Below are positions 13,442-22,615 of a DNA stretch of 64,000 bases, in pieces. A model generated the notes under the pieces. The model was not told the DNA's origin. It ran no database searches and saw only the letters and a program-made list of their open reading frames with translations. The translations under genes and the position numbers were made by a program. This stretch comes from Trueperaceae bacterium (GTDB lineage Bacteria; Deinococcota; Deinococci; Deinococcales; Trueperaceae): contig DASSXV010000052.1 of assembly GCA_035703635.1 (NCBI GenBank), positions 1-64,000 on the forward strand, in the 5' to 3' direction. Position 1 is the first letter of the stretch. Each line of letters begins with the position of its first letter.

Positions 13442-13470
13442 ATGGTAGCAGGAACCGAAGGATTTTGCAC
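13442..13470 (-). promoter_or_regulatory. Putative promoter for carD paralog 1
   Basis: Minus strand GTGCAA-N17-TACCAT with extended -10 TGc. Confidence 0.5.
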
Positions 13471-13499
13471 GCGGTACAACTACGTAGCGTGCCTCACGA

Positions 13500-14414
13500 C
13501 TACTCTTGCCCCGCCAACTCCGTGACTGGGGCCGCCGCGCGCAGCGCAACGCCGATGCCGGTGAGCAGAACGACGGCGCCAAAGAGGGTCAGTGCGCCTG
13601 GTTCCTCACCGAACAGCACTAGCGCCAACACGCCTGACACGACCGGTTCGAGGAGCAGCGCCGCGGCCACCACCGCCGGGTCGAGGTGCTTGGCCGCGTA
13701 GTTGAGGCCCGTGTGGCCGATGAGCTGCGGCACGACGGCCAGCACGGCTACGAAGAAGTAGGTTGCCGCCGGATAACCGCCATAGGGCGCTCCGAAGAGC
13801 AGGGGCAGCGGGGCGAGCACGACCGCGGCGAAGAGGTAGGCGGTGCCAGCGTATGCCTGCAGCCCAAGGCCAAGCGTTTGCGCGCGCCTGCCGAGCAGCA
13901 AGTACGCCCCGGCAGCCGCCGCGCCTACGAGCGCAAGCGCGTCACCGAGCACGGGTTGCGTGCCTCCGCTCAGGTCGCCGAAGCCTATCACCGCCCCGCC
14001 AGCCATGGCGACGAGGACGCCGACCATCTGCATGAACGTCGGCGCGCGGCCCTGGAGGAACCACGCGAACAGCGCGACCCAGAGGGGCGAGGTGGCCAGC
14101 AGCGAGACGCTGGCGGCCACCGTCGTGTAACTGAGCGAGGTGATCCAGGCCGCGAAGTGCACGGCGAGCATGGCGCCCGCTAGTAGGGTGGAGCGGAGCG
14201 CAGCCGCGCTTGGCCGCGTGCGGCGCAGACCTGCCAGCGTCAGCGGCGCCATCAGCACGCCGGCTATGAGCATGCGGTAGAAGGCGACGACCACGCCAGG
14301 CGCGTCGGCCCACCGGATGAAGATGGAGGCGAAGGACACTGCGACGAGGGCCACTCCGAGTACCAGCCACACCTTGCTGCGGGCCTCGTGAGCGGTACCC
14401 TGGCCTCGTGGCAT
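13500..14414 (-). CDS. DMT/EamA-family transporter
   Basis: About 10 TM helices, two EamA repeats (AFYRML, SLSYTTVAASV, GDALAL, LLEPV); leaderless TAGCAT-N7-ATG. Confidence 0.9.
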   Translation of the reverse strand: MPRGQGTAHEARSKVWLVLGVALVAVSFASIFIRWADAPGVVVAFYRMLIAGVLMAPLTLAGLRRTRPSAAALRSTLLAGAMLAVHFAAWITSLSYTTVAASVSLLATSPLWVALFAWFLQGRAPTFMQMVGVLVAMAGGAVIGFGDLSGGTQPVLGDALALVGAAAAGAYLLLGRRAQTLGLGLQAYAGTAYLFAAVVLAPLPLLFGAPYGGYPAATYFFVAVLAVVPQLIGHTGLNYAAKHLDPAVVAAALLLEPVVSGVLALVLFGEEPGALTLFGAVVLLTGIGVALRAAAPVTELAGQE

Positions 14415-14557
14415 GACAGCGATGCTACACCAGGGTGTTAACGCCCACTTGCGGGCGCCGTTCTGGGTGCGCTGGCCATCGGCGTAGGCTGGCGTCTAGC
14501 GCGGCCGAAGGCGCTGTGCGCCAAGCTGCCGCCCGATCTCGCCGACAGGAGCCGCTA

Positions 14558-15901
14558 GTGACCAGCTTTCCTGACGATTTCCTTTGGGGCATATCCACGT
14601 CGGCCTACCAGATCGAGGGCGCCGCCGCGGCGGGCGGCAAGGGCGAGTCGATCTGGGACCGCTTCGTCACCCGCGAGGGCGCCATCGTCGACGGCTCGAG
14701 TGGCGCCGTTGCCACCAACCACTACTACCGTTACCCGGAAGACGTGGCGCTGATGCGCGAGTTGGGCGCGCGTGTCTACCGCTTCTCCGTCTCGTGGCCG
14801 CGCTGGCTGCCGGAGGGCAGAGGCGCCCACTCCCGTAGCGGGCTCGAGTTCTACGACCGCTTGGTAGACACGGTGCTGGCCGCCGGGATCGAGCCGTGGG
14901 TGTGCCTCTACCACTGGGACCTGCCGCAGGCCCTGCAGGAGCGCGGCGGCTGGCAGTCGCGAGACACCGCCTACTACTTCGCCGACTACGCCGAGCGCGT
15001 CGCGCGCCAGCTCGGCGACCGGGTGCGTACGTTTCTCATGCTCAACGAACCGAACGTTCACGCGCTTCTCGGTCACCTCGTCGGCATGCACGCGCCGGGC
15101 GTTTCCGACTTGGGGGCGTACTTGGCCGCCGTTCACCACCAGAACCTGGCGGTTGGTGGAGGCATCGCTAGGCTTCGCGACCTGGACGCCGGCTTGCGCC
15201 TCGGCACGGTGGTGTCACTGCAACCAACCCTTCCAGTCGGACCCGGCGGCGCCGACCCGCGTGAGGAGGACGTCGCCGCGGCGGCGCTGGCGGACGCGGC
15301 CTACAACCGCGCTAACCTCGACCCGTTACTGCTCGGCAGGTACCCGGAACCGCTCGAGGGTTTCCTGGGCGACCTTTTGCGGGCGGGCGACACCGAGCTC
15401 TTACGGCAAGGCGTGGACGTCCTCGGCGTCAACCACTACACGCTGCAGCGCGTGAGGGCTGGTGAGGGTCCGCTTGGGATCGAGATCGTGCCACCAGAAG
15501 CTGGGGTAGAAGAGACTCAGATGGGCTGGCGCGTCGCTCCAACGGCTCTCGAGCAAACCCTGTTGCGCCTGAAGGAGGAGTACGGCAACCCGGCCGTCGT
15601 GGTCACGGAGAACGGCGCCGCGTACCCGGACGTGCACGGCCCCGACGGCAAGGTGAACGACAGGGCACGGATCAGTTACTTCTCCCGCTACTTGCGGGCG
15701 GTGGCCGCCGCGAGGGAGGCAGGCTGCGACGTGCGCGGCTACCTCGCGTGGACGCTGGTCGACAACTTCGAGTGGGCGAGCGGCTACACGCGCAAGTTCG
15801 GCGTAGTGGCGCTTGATAGGGAGACGTTGCAGCGCACGCCGAAGGCGTCGTTCGACTACTTGCGAAGCGTGTTCGCTGGCGGCGACCTCAGCCTAGGCTG
15901 A
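14558..15901 (+). CDS. GH1 beta-glucosidase
   Basis: FPDDFLWGISTSAYQIEG, YRFSVSWPR, LYHWDLP, acid/base NEP, nucleophile TENG, DNFEW; GTG start after AGGAG. Confidence 0.95.
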   Translation: MTSFPDDFLWGISTSAYQIEGAAAAGGKGESIWDRFVTREGAIVDGSSGAVATNHYYRYPEDVALMRELGARVYRFSVSWPRWLPEGRGAHSRSGLEFYDRLVDTVLAAGIEPWVCLYHWDLPQALQERGGWQSRDTAYYFADYAERVARQLGDRVRTFLMLNEPNVHALLGHLVGMHAPGVSDLGAYLAAVHHQNLAVGGGIARLRDLDAGLRLGTVVSLQPTLPVGPGGADPREEDVAAAALADAAYNRANLDPLLLGRYPEPLEGFLGDLLRAGDTELLRQGVDVLGVNHYTLQRVRAGEGPLGIEIVPPEAGVEETQMGWRVAPTALEQTLLRLKEEYGNPAVVVTENGAAYPDVHGPDGKVNDRARISYFSRYLRAVAAAREAGCDVRGYLAWTLVDNFEWASGYTRKFGVVALDRETLQRTPKASFDYLRSVFAGGDLSLG

Positions 15902-16297
15902 GCGCAAGAGCCTGTAAGCCGCGACGGCCCAACCGACGATGAGGAGCACCCCGCCAAGCGGGGCGACGGCCCCGAACCAACTCGGGCCGCCAGCGACGAT
16001 GACGTAAAGCGAGCCGGTGAACACTAACGTCCCTGCGATGAGGAAGGGCGCCGCTGGGGTCGCCAGCCGACCGTTCGGGGCGAGTGCAGCTAGGGCGAGT
16101 AGGCCTAGGCCGTGATAGACCTGATAGCGCACGGCGGTCTCGAAAGTCGCCAGGCGGGTTTCTGTAACCAACTCGGCCAAGGTGTGTGCGCCGAAGGCGC
16201 CGAGCGCCACCCCAAGTCCGACGAGGATGGCGCCCCAGGCAGCTGCCGTGCGGGCTGCCCGAGAGAGGCCGGTAGCTGGTTCATCGCTAGTTGACAT
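15893..16297 (-). CDS. DUF423 (YgdD/TMEM256) membrane protein
   Basis: LGAFGAH, FETAVRYQVYH, FTGSLY, APLGG motifs. Confidence 0.9.
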   Translation of the reverse strand: MSTSDEPATGLSRAARTAAAWGAILVGLGVALGAFGAHTLAELVTETRLATFETAVRYQVYHGLGLLALAALAPNGRLATPAAPFLIAGTLVFTGSLYVIVAGGPSWFGAVAPLGGVLLIVGWAVAAYRLLRSA

Positions 16298-17039
16298 GCT
16301 CGTCCACCTTTTCTGTTCGTTGTCCTGCCACCGCTGCCGCTATGGCGCCGTGCGCTCCGGTTACGCGCCCGTCTAGCAACTCCAAAACGGCGTCTGCGCG
16401 CTCGGCAATGCCGAGGTCGTGCGTTACCACGATGACCGTCCGCCCCTCGGCGGCGACATCACGCAGCGCCTGCAACACCGTGCGGCCGCTACGGCTGTCG
16501 AGGTTGCCGGTAGGTTCGTCCGCGAAGACGACCTCCGGGTCGTTGACGAGCGCGCGGGCGAGGCTCACGCGCTGACGCTCCCCACCGGAGAGTTTGCTCG
16601 GCAGGTGCGTGGCGCGCGCCGCCAGGCCGAAGCGCTCGAGCATGGCGGTGGCGGTCGCCTTGCGCCTGGCGGCAGTCTGGCCGGCAAGCCCTAACGGCAG
16701 CGCCACGTTCTGCCAAGCGTTGAGCACGGCCACGAGGTTGTACGACTGGAAGACGAAACCGAAACGGTGCAGCCGCAGGCGCGAGATCTCGCTCTCGTCT
16801 AGGTCGGAAAGCAGCTTGTCGCCGAGGTAGACCTCACCCGCGGTCGGCTTGTCGAAGCCAGCCAAGAGGTTGAGGAGCGTCGACTTACCCGAACCGGATG
16901 GCCCGACTATGGTAGTCAACTTGCCTGGCTGGAAGGCCACATCGACGTCGGCGAGAGCGGTAACGGTGCCGGCAGGGGTCAGGTACGACTTCGAGAGACC
17001 GACGGCTCGCAGCATCGGGCCCATGTTAACCGTGCTCAA
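16287..17039 (-). CDS. ABC transporter ATP-binding protein (LolD/MacB-like)
   Basis: GPSGSGKST, FGFVFQSYNL, LSGGERQRV, ADEPTGNLD, VTHD; TTGA overlap with the upstream stop. Confidence 0.93.
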   Translation of the reverse strand: MSTVNMGPMLRAVGLSKSYLTPAGTVTALADVDVAFQPGKLTTIVGPSGSGKSTLLNLLAGFDKPTAGEVYLGDKLLSDLDESEISRLRLHRFGFVFQSYNLVAVLNAWQNVALPLGLAGQTAARRKATATAMLERFGLAARATHLPSKLSGGERQRVSLARALVNDPEVVFADEPTGNLDSRSGRTVLQALRDVAAEGRTVIVVTHDLGIAERADAVLELLDGRVTGAHGAIAAAVAGQRTEKVDEHVN

Positions 17040-18808
17040 CGGCCGCCGGACGAGCCCCCTCCGCCGCCGCCACCACCGCCACTTGACGAGCCACCGGACG
17101 ACGCCGACGCGGAGGCGGAGTTGAGCGCAGTCGAGAGGCTGCTGATGGAGCGGCTCAGCGAGGACATGTTAGCCAGCGAGGAGTAGTTGCCGCTGGTCAT
17201 CCAGGTCGCCCGCGACATCATGACGCTCTCGTCGACCCCGGCCAGTGGCGCGGCCTTCTGCAGCGTCTTCAGGTAGGCGTCAGCTACGCCAAGGGCGGCT
17301 GCGTAACAGTAGTACACGTCCCACAGCTTGAAGAAGTCGAGCGGGGCGTCCTTCATGCGCGTGTAATCGGTGAGGGTGCGCTTGAATCCCTTCCAACCGT
17401 ACACCTCCGCCGCGACCTCTGGTCGCCACGCCATGATGCCGATGCCCGCGAGAATGGCGGCTATCACTTGCGCGACCGTCAGCGCGATGGCGATGGCGCT
17501 GGCTGTGCCAGCGAGCACGAAGGCGAGCACGAGACTGACGAGCGCGCCAAGCAGCAAACGCCTAGAAGCGCGCTTGGCGGCCTCGCGGCTCTCCTGAGAG
17601 GTCAGCGGTCCGCCGAACTTGGCCTCGAGCCACTTGCGCACCTTGGGCCCCCAAGCGGCCATGAACGTCGAGGCGCGCCGCTGCGAGTACGCTTTCAACT
17701 CCTGGCTGCTTAGGCGCTCAGGCGTGCCGGGGGCCGCTGCCGCGTGTAGGTAGTTGAGTACGTCGAGCTCGAACGGTTGGAGGTTTCCGGCGTCGGTCTT
17801 GGCGTTGAGGTTGATGGCGAAATCCTTGCCCTTGTTGACGCTCGTGTCGAACTCCCCGTAGCCGCGGCGCATGAGGTCCATGATGGTCGCATGGAAGGCG
17901 GGGCCCATCGTGGCGGCCGTCTGCTGCAGGATGGAGGTCACGGCAGCGGGCGGCAGGTCGGATGGCGGCTCGAACGGGTACTTCATGGTCTCGAGCTGCG
18001 GCTCGCGGCCGAAGCGTCTGTAAGCTCCGATCGCTCCGCTGCCCGTGATGCCAAAGAGCGCAAGGGGTAACAGCGCCCACCATGGCGAGCGCCTGATTTG
18101 CATGAGGGTCTGAACTCCGGCCACTTTCGCCTCGTCTTGCAGGAACTCCTCCATCCCAGGCCGCGTGCTCTTGACTTCGAAGAGCGCGGGGTCCATGAGG
18201 AAGCGGATCTCCACGCCGTCACCGTCCGCGATGCGATTGAAGGACACGTCGAGTTGGCTGCGGTCGGCGCTGAGGACCACGGTCGGCAGTTCGGTGTTGC
18301 CGAAGCGGTGTACGTACGCATCGTATGGGGCTGGAGAGGGGCCAGGCGCGGTGACGGTGAGGTGGTAACCGCGTACCGGCGGGTGCTCCTGTTCCAGAAT
18401 CTGCCAGTACCATTGCGCGACGTCGCTGCGGACGTCGAGGCTGTTCTCCAAGCGGTAAACGAAGCGCACGCGGCGCTCCTTGACACGTGTCGAGTTGCGG
18501 ACGACGACCTCGGTGCCGCCTGAACACTGCTGCTGGTACGCGGTCGAACTTGGGCCGTTACCCAAGGCGCCCGAGCCGTCCAGCAGGGTCAGCCGCTGGC
18601 TGGGAGTCAACTTCACGCAGATGAACGCCTCGCCGAAGTCAGCGTCAGTGGAGAGGGTGCGGGTGTCGTCGACGATGACGCTGCCGTCGGCCATGATCTG
18701 CACGACCTGAACCACGTCCGACCACAGGTAAGACTGCGCGAACGCGGCACTTAGCAGCAGGAACAAGTTGATCGCTAGGGCTATCCGTTTGTGCTGCCTG
18801 TGGGCCAT
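17036..18808 (-). CDS. DUF2207-domain membrane protein
   Basis: Signal peptide, extracytoplasmic beta domain, PPSDLPPAA, ATIMDLMRRG, W.GFKR.L, YAAALGV, Gly/Ser tail. Confidence 0.85.
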   Translation of the reverse strand: MAHRQHKRIALAINLFLLLSAAFAQSYLWSDVVQVVQIMADGSVIVDDTRTLSTDADFGEAFICVKLTPSQRLTLLDGSGALGNGPSSTAYQQQCSGGTEVVVRNSTRVKERRVRFVYRLENSLDVRSDVAQWYWQILEQEHPPVRGYHLTVTAPGPSPAPYDAYVHRFGNTELPTVVLSADRSQLDVSFNRIADGDGVEIRFLMDPALFEVKSTRPGMEEFLQDEAKVAGVQTLMQIRRSPWWALLPLALFGITGSGAIGAYRRFGREPQLETMKYPFEPPSDLPPAAVTSILQQTAATMGPAFHATIMDLMRRGYGEFDTSVNKGKDFAINLNAKTDAGNLQPFELDVLNYLHAAAAPGTPERLSSQELKAYSQRRASTFMAAWGPKVRKWLEAKFGGPLTSQESREAAKRASRRLLLGALVSLVLAFVLAGTASAIAIALTVAQVIAAILAGIGIMAWRPEVAAEVYGWKGFKRTLTDYTRMKDAPLDFFKLWDVYYCYAAALGVADAYLKTLQKAAPLAGVDESVMMSRATWMTSGNYSSLANMSSLSRSISSLSTALNSASASASSGGSSSGGGGGGGGGSSGGR

Positions 18809-18872
18809 GCCCCGATGTTAGCGCCCCCGGACTATCCCTGCCAGTCGGGGTTCGAGATTGTGGAGTGCGCCA

Positions 18873-20051
18873 CTATTCGCGTGCCAGCGCCACTGCGACG
18901 GGCAAGCGCGAGGCGCGCGCGGCGGGCAAGAGGCCAGACAGCAGGCCCATGCCAAGCGCCACCAGCACCGCGAAACCGACTAGGCGCGGCGTCAAGAGCG
19001 CGACGTGTAACCCCACGTAGTCGTACGCCACGCGGTTGACCACGTACACTCCTACCCGACCTAGCCCCACGCCGACGGCGGCACCAGCGAGCGAGAGCAG
19101 CGAAGACTCCGTTAGGACGAGGCCGAAGAGGAAACGCGGCCTGGCACCAACGGCCCGGATCACGCCGAACTCGCGGGTGCGCTCGAACACGCTCATCATC
19201 ACGGTGTTCGCGACCGCGATGGCGCCGACGATGAGGGCTATGGCGCTGATGCCTAGCCTGATCATGTCTGAGACCTTGAGGCTCGTGTTGACCTGTGTGA
19301 AGAGTTCGGAACTGGTCTGCGCTCCGAGTTCCGGGAAGCGCTGCTGGATCGCGGCAGCTACTTCTGTTGCGCGCTCGGGCTGAGCACTCGCGACGGCCAG
19401 CAGGCTGTAGCGGTCGGTCACGCCAACGGCGCGCTGCAAGGTAGTCAGCGGCGCGACGATGATGTTGTCCAACAAGCCACCGCCAGCGCTCACCACCCCG
19501 ACTACTTCGAGGCTAACGTTCGGGTTGAGCCGCAGTACGGAGCCGAGCCCCAGTCGACCGCGTTCGGCGGCGCTTGAGCCGATGATGGCCACGCCTGCAC
19601 CCTCGTCAGCTGGGGTGAGGAGGCGGCCTGACACGGCGTTGGCGCCGTGGAACAGGTCGCCTAACTCCACGCTTGTCGGCAGCCCCTCGAAGATGAACGA
19701 CTGGCTTGGGCTGAGCCCACCACGCACGTACAGGAGGGCGGGAACGACCGAGCGGATGCCCAACTCTTCGGCGGCCGCCTGGAGGTCGGTCAAGTAGTGA
19801 GCTGGCAGGTCCGGTGAGGTCGGAAAGAAGCTGGCGGAGGCTGGACCGAAAGTCACTTGGATGTCTGGGCCCAAGTTCGCGAGCTGGTCGCTGAACACGC
19901 GCCTGATGCCCTCACCCAAGGAGAGGAAGATGACGGCGCCAGCTACCGCCACGGCGATGCCTAGCGCCGTAAGGAACGTGCGCATCGGCCGTTGCCTTAG
20001 CGAGGAGAAGGCGAGCCCCCAAGTGATGCTTGGGCCGGCGCCGCTACTCAC
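18873..20051 (-). CDS. ABC transporter permease, MacB/FtsX/LolC-type
   Basis: RTFLTALGIAV, periplasmic domain, ANTVMMSVFERTREFGVIRAVGA, LPAARAS. Confidence 0.92.
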   Translation of the reverse strand: MSSGAGPSITWGLAFSSLRQRPMRTFLTALGIAVAVAGAVIFLSLGEGIRRVFSDQLANLGPDIQVTFGPASASFFPTSPDLPAHYLTDLQAAAEELGIRSVVPALLYVRGGLSPSQSFIFEGLPTSVELGDLFHGANAVSGRLLTPADEGAGVAIIGSSAAERGRLGLGSVLRLNPNVSLEVVGVVSAGGGLLDNIIVAPLTTLQRAVGVTDRYSLLAVASAQPERATEVAAAIQQRFPELGAQTSSELFTQVNTSLKVSDMIRLGISAIALIVGAIAVANTVMMSVFERTREFGVIRAVGARPRFLFGLVLTESSLLSLAGAAVGVGLGRVGVYVVNRVAYDYVGLHVALLTPRLVGFAVLVALGMGLLSGLLPAARASRLPVAVALARE

Positions 20052-20072
20052 CTAGTCGTGTTCCGGTTACGG

Positions 20073-21182
20073 TCACGGCGCCTGGAAGGCCCGGCCAACC
20101 ACGGCTCCCGCCGAGCCCATGGCGAACGGGGCGCCGTCTCCTATGGTGATCTCGACGCCTGCCGCGTTGCCTGCGTGGATATATACGGGTAGCGCGAAGC
20201 GGTAAGTCTGCCCTGGGGCCGCCGTCGTGTACACGAGGCGCTCGCCAACGTTGCGCGCGGTGCCGCGGTAGACCTCGAGCCAGCTCGTCGCCCTCACCGT
20301 TATGACTATCTCGCTGCTGCCAACGGCTATTGCAGGGGTCGTTGGCGCCTCACCTGCGCCGGCTGTCGCCGTGGTGAGCTTCAGCTCCACGGTGCGGTCG
20401 TCGCTGAGGTCGACCGTCTGCTCGACGGTCGCGTAGCCTTCTAGGCTGACGCGCAAGTTGCGGCCCGCGCGTGCCGTTACGGGAGCCGCGTGTATGGGGG
20501 TGAGGCCAGGGAGCATGAAACCGTCAACCGAGACTTGCGCTCCTGGCGGGTCGGTGATGACGTCTAGGAGCACCGTGCCGCCGACCGGGAGGTTGCCCTG
20601 CTCGGCCGCCCCGACCGGCGCAGCGAGGCCGCTAGGCGGAGCCGTTGCCGCGGGCGGCGTGACGTTGGTAGCCGCAGGCGGCGTGGTCGTTGCCACGCGC
20701 GGCGTGCGGAAGAAGAGGGCGTTGTAACCCCACACGGCCAGCGCGACGAGCACGACGACGAGCAGCACCGTAGGGACGGCCGGGTTCATGCGGAAGCCCC
20801 CACCGCCGCTCTTCTTGCGTGGTTGCCGCGTTGGTGGTTCGCCGCGCCGCTCCTTGTCAAGGCGCTCCTCGATGGTGGTCAGGCCACCTGCGCGTTGGCG
20901 TTCGCGGTGGTAGATCTCGAGCGCCTTGTCGCCTGGCACTTGGGTGGCTTGCGCGAAAAGGCGCACGAAGTTGCGGGTGTAGACGTCCTCCGGGAGGTCA
21001 GAGTAGCGGCCCTCCTCCAACGCCTTCAAGTAGTCGCGGCGCACGTGGGTGAGTTCCGCGATGTCACTCAGCTCGAGTCCCTGCGCGAGGCGCGCTTGCC
21101 TCAGGAGCGAGCCAAGCTCGTCGAGGCCGGCGAGCCTGCTGGCAGCACCTAGGTGGTCGTTGGCTTCGTTGTTCTGGGTCAT
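20073..21182 (-). CDS. RodZ-like protein (HTH + TM + PEGA + DUF4115)
   Basis: LGSLLRQAR..YLKALEEG..LP..YTRNFVR HTH; one TM; TDPPGAQVSVDG PEGA; SWLEV...GNAAGVEI DUF4115. Confidence 0.8.
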   Translation of the reverse strand: MTQNNEANDHLGAASRLAGLDELGSLLRQARLAQGLELSDIAELTHVRRDYLKALEEGRYSDLPEDVYTRNFVRLFAQATQVPGDKALEIYHRERQRAGGLTTIEERLDKERRGEPPTRQPRKKSGGGGFRMNPAVPTVLLVVVLVALAVWGYNALFFRTPRVATTTPPAATNVTPPAATAPPSGLAAPVGAAEQGNLPVGGTVLLDVITDPPGAQVSVDGFMLPGLTPIHAAPVTARAGRNLRVSLEGYATVEQTVDLSDDRTVELKLTTATAGAGEAPTTPAIAVGSSEIVITVRATSWLEVYRGTARNVGERLVYTTAAPGQTYRFALPVYIHAGNAAGVEITIGDGAPFAMGSAGAVVGRAFQAP

Positions 21183-22105
21183 GTGGCCGCCCCCTGATCG
21201 GTAGCGTTGGCCGTGGCGGCATAAGCGACGGCTACGCGAGCAGCCAGGCGGGCGTTCTCCTCGAGGAGGCGCAGGTTCACGGTCATGGTGCCTCCCCCTG
21301 AGAGTTCTGCCAGGGTGGCGAGGAGGTAAGGGGTGGTCGCGCGGCCGCGCACGCCGGCGCTAGCCGCGTTGCTCCGCGCTACCGCCAGCCAACCGGCGAA
21401 CTCTTCCTCACTTAGTCCGGCGCTTACCGGGTTGCTTAGCAGCACCCCGGCTGGCAGGCCGAGTGCCTCTTGGGCCATCAGGACGGCGGCCGCTTCTGCT
21501 GGCGTGTCTACGCGCGAGGGCAGCGGCACCTCGGTGATCGGGACCACGAAGCCAGCCAGGTGTTGCGAACGGTAGCCAACCAGTGGCACTCCTAACGTTT
21601 CGAGGCGCTCGGCGGTGGCGTCCGCGTTGAGGATGCTCTTGGGGCCAGCACAAACCGTGAGGACGCGGTGGTTGGCGAGCGCGATGAGGTCAGCCGACTC
21701 GTCGAATGGCGTGTCGTGCACACCGCCTATGCCACCGGTAGCGAACACCTTGATGCCAACCTTGTGAGCGGCGTAGAGCGTCGTCGCGACCGTCGTGCCT
21801 GCGTGATGTTTGCCTGCGATCAGCGCGGCGAGGTTCCAAGACGACGCCTTGTCTGCGCCACCGGCGGCGAGCTTCGCTAGGTCGGCGCTAGTAAGGCCGA
21901 CGCAGACCGCGCCGTCCAGGATGCCGATGGTAGCGGGAAGTGCGCCCTCTTCTCTGACCACGCTCTCGAGGTGGTTGGCGAGTTCGAGGTTCTGGGGGCG
22001 GGGGAGGCCGTGGGTGATGACGGTCGACTCGAGCGCCACCACTGGCGCGCGGCGCCCCAGCGCCGCTGCCACGTCCGGCGAGATGCGGAACGGTGCTAGG
22101 GTCAC
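21179..22105 (-). CDS. psuG: Pseudouridine-5'-phosphate glycosidase
   Basis: VVALESTVITHGLP, FATGGIGGVH, DESADL, KSIL, TPYLL; leaderless TAACAT-N7-GTG at 22105. Confidence 0.93.
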   Translation of the reverse strand: MTLAPFRISPDVAAALGRRAPVVALESTVITHGLPRPQNLELANHLESVVREEGALPATIGILDGAVCVGLTSADLAKLAAGGADKASSWNLAALIAGKHHAGTTVATTLYAAHKVGIKVFATGGIGGVHDTPFDESADLIALANHRVLTVCAGPKSILNADATAERLETLGVPLVGYRSQHLAGFVVPITEVPLPSRVDTPAEAAAVLMAQEALGLPAGVLLSNPVSAGLSEEEFAGWLAVARSNAASAGVRGRATTPYLLATLAELSGGGTMTVNLRLLEENARLAARVAVAYAATANATDQGAAT

Positions 22106-22166
22106 GCGGTCAATGTTACCGCAGTGGCGTAGCTGGCGGCTGCCGACCGCGTGATAACCTTTGGCG

Positions 22167-22493
22167 GTGAACGTAGAGCTTGCCACCGTGTTCCCCTGGC
22201 TGCAGCAGATCGCCTTCGGAGCGGTTGCCGGGTTCGTCGCGGGTTACGCGCTGAAGAAGGTCGGCAAGTTCGTGGCGTTGGCGCTTGGCGTGCTGTTCGT
22301 CGTCATCCAGCTCCTCGCGTGGTCGGGCTTCGTCAGCGTCAACTGGGACGTGCTGCAAGCTGGGGTCGACCCGCTGCTCGAGACGAGTTCTCTCGAGCGC
22401 GCCTGGCGCGGCCTGCTGCGGATTTTGACGTTCAACATCCCGTTCGCAGCGGCTTTCGTGCCTGCCATGGTGATCGGCTTGAAGCGCGGCTGA
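22167..22493 (+). CDS. FUN14-family small membrane protein
   Basis: QIAFGAVAGFVAGYALKKVGK...IQLLAWSGFVSVNW pattern; leaderless TAACCT-N6-GTG. Confidence 0.8.
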   Translation: MNVELATVFPWLQQIAFGAVAGFVAGYALKKVGKFVALALGVLFVVIQLLAWSGFVSVNWDVLQAGVDPLLETSSLERAWRGLLRILTFNIPFAAAFVPAMVIGLKRG

Positions 22494-22539
22494 AGTGGCG
22501 TCTCGCGCCGCGTTGCGGAGCGGATCACCGTCAGATGAG

Positions 22540-22558
22540 TTGAGTCAACCACGCTCAA
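22540..22558 (+). promoter_or_regulatory. HAIR-like (HspR) operator upstream of groES
   Basis: TTGAGT-N7-GCTCAA, versus consensus TTGAGY-N7-ACTCAA. Confidence 0.65.
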
Positions 22559-22577
22559 AGAGGTTGATCGAGTAGAC

Positions 22578-22607
22578 TTGACACACCCTCCCATGCGCGA
22601 TTAGCAT
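22578..22607 (+). promoter_or_regulatory. sigmaA promoter of groES-groEL
   Basis: TTGACA-N18-TAGCAT. Confidence 0.75.
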
Positions 22608-22615
22608 AGGAACGT

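Noticed and set aside
17040..17125. GCC/CCA-rich low-complexity tract
   Set aside because: Encodes the normal Gly/Ser tail of DUF2207 proteins.
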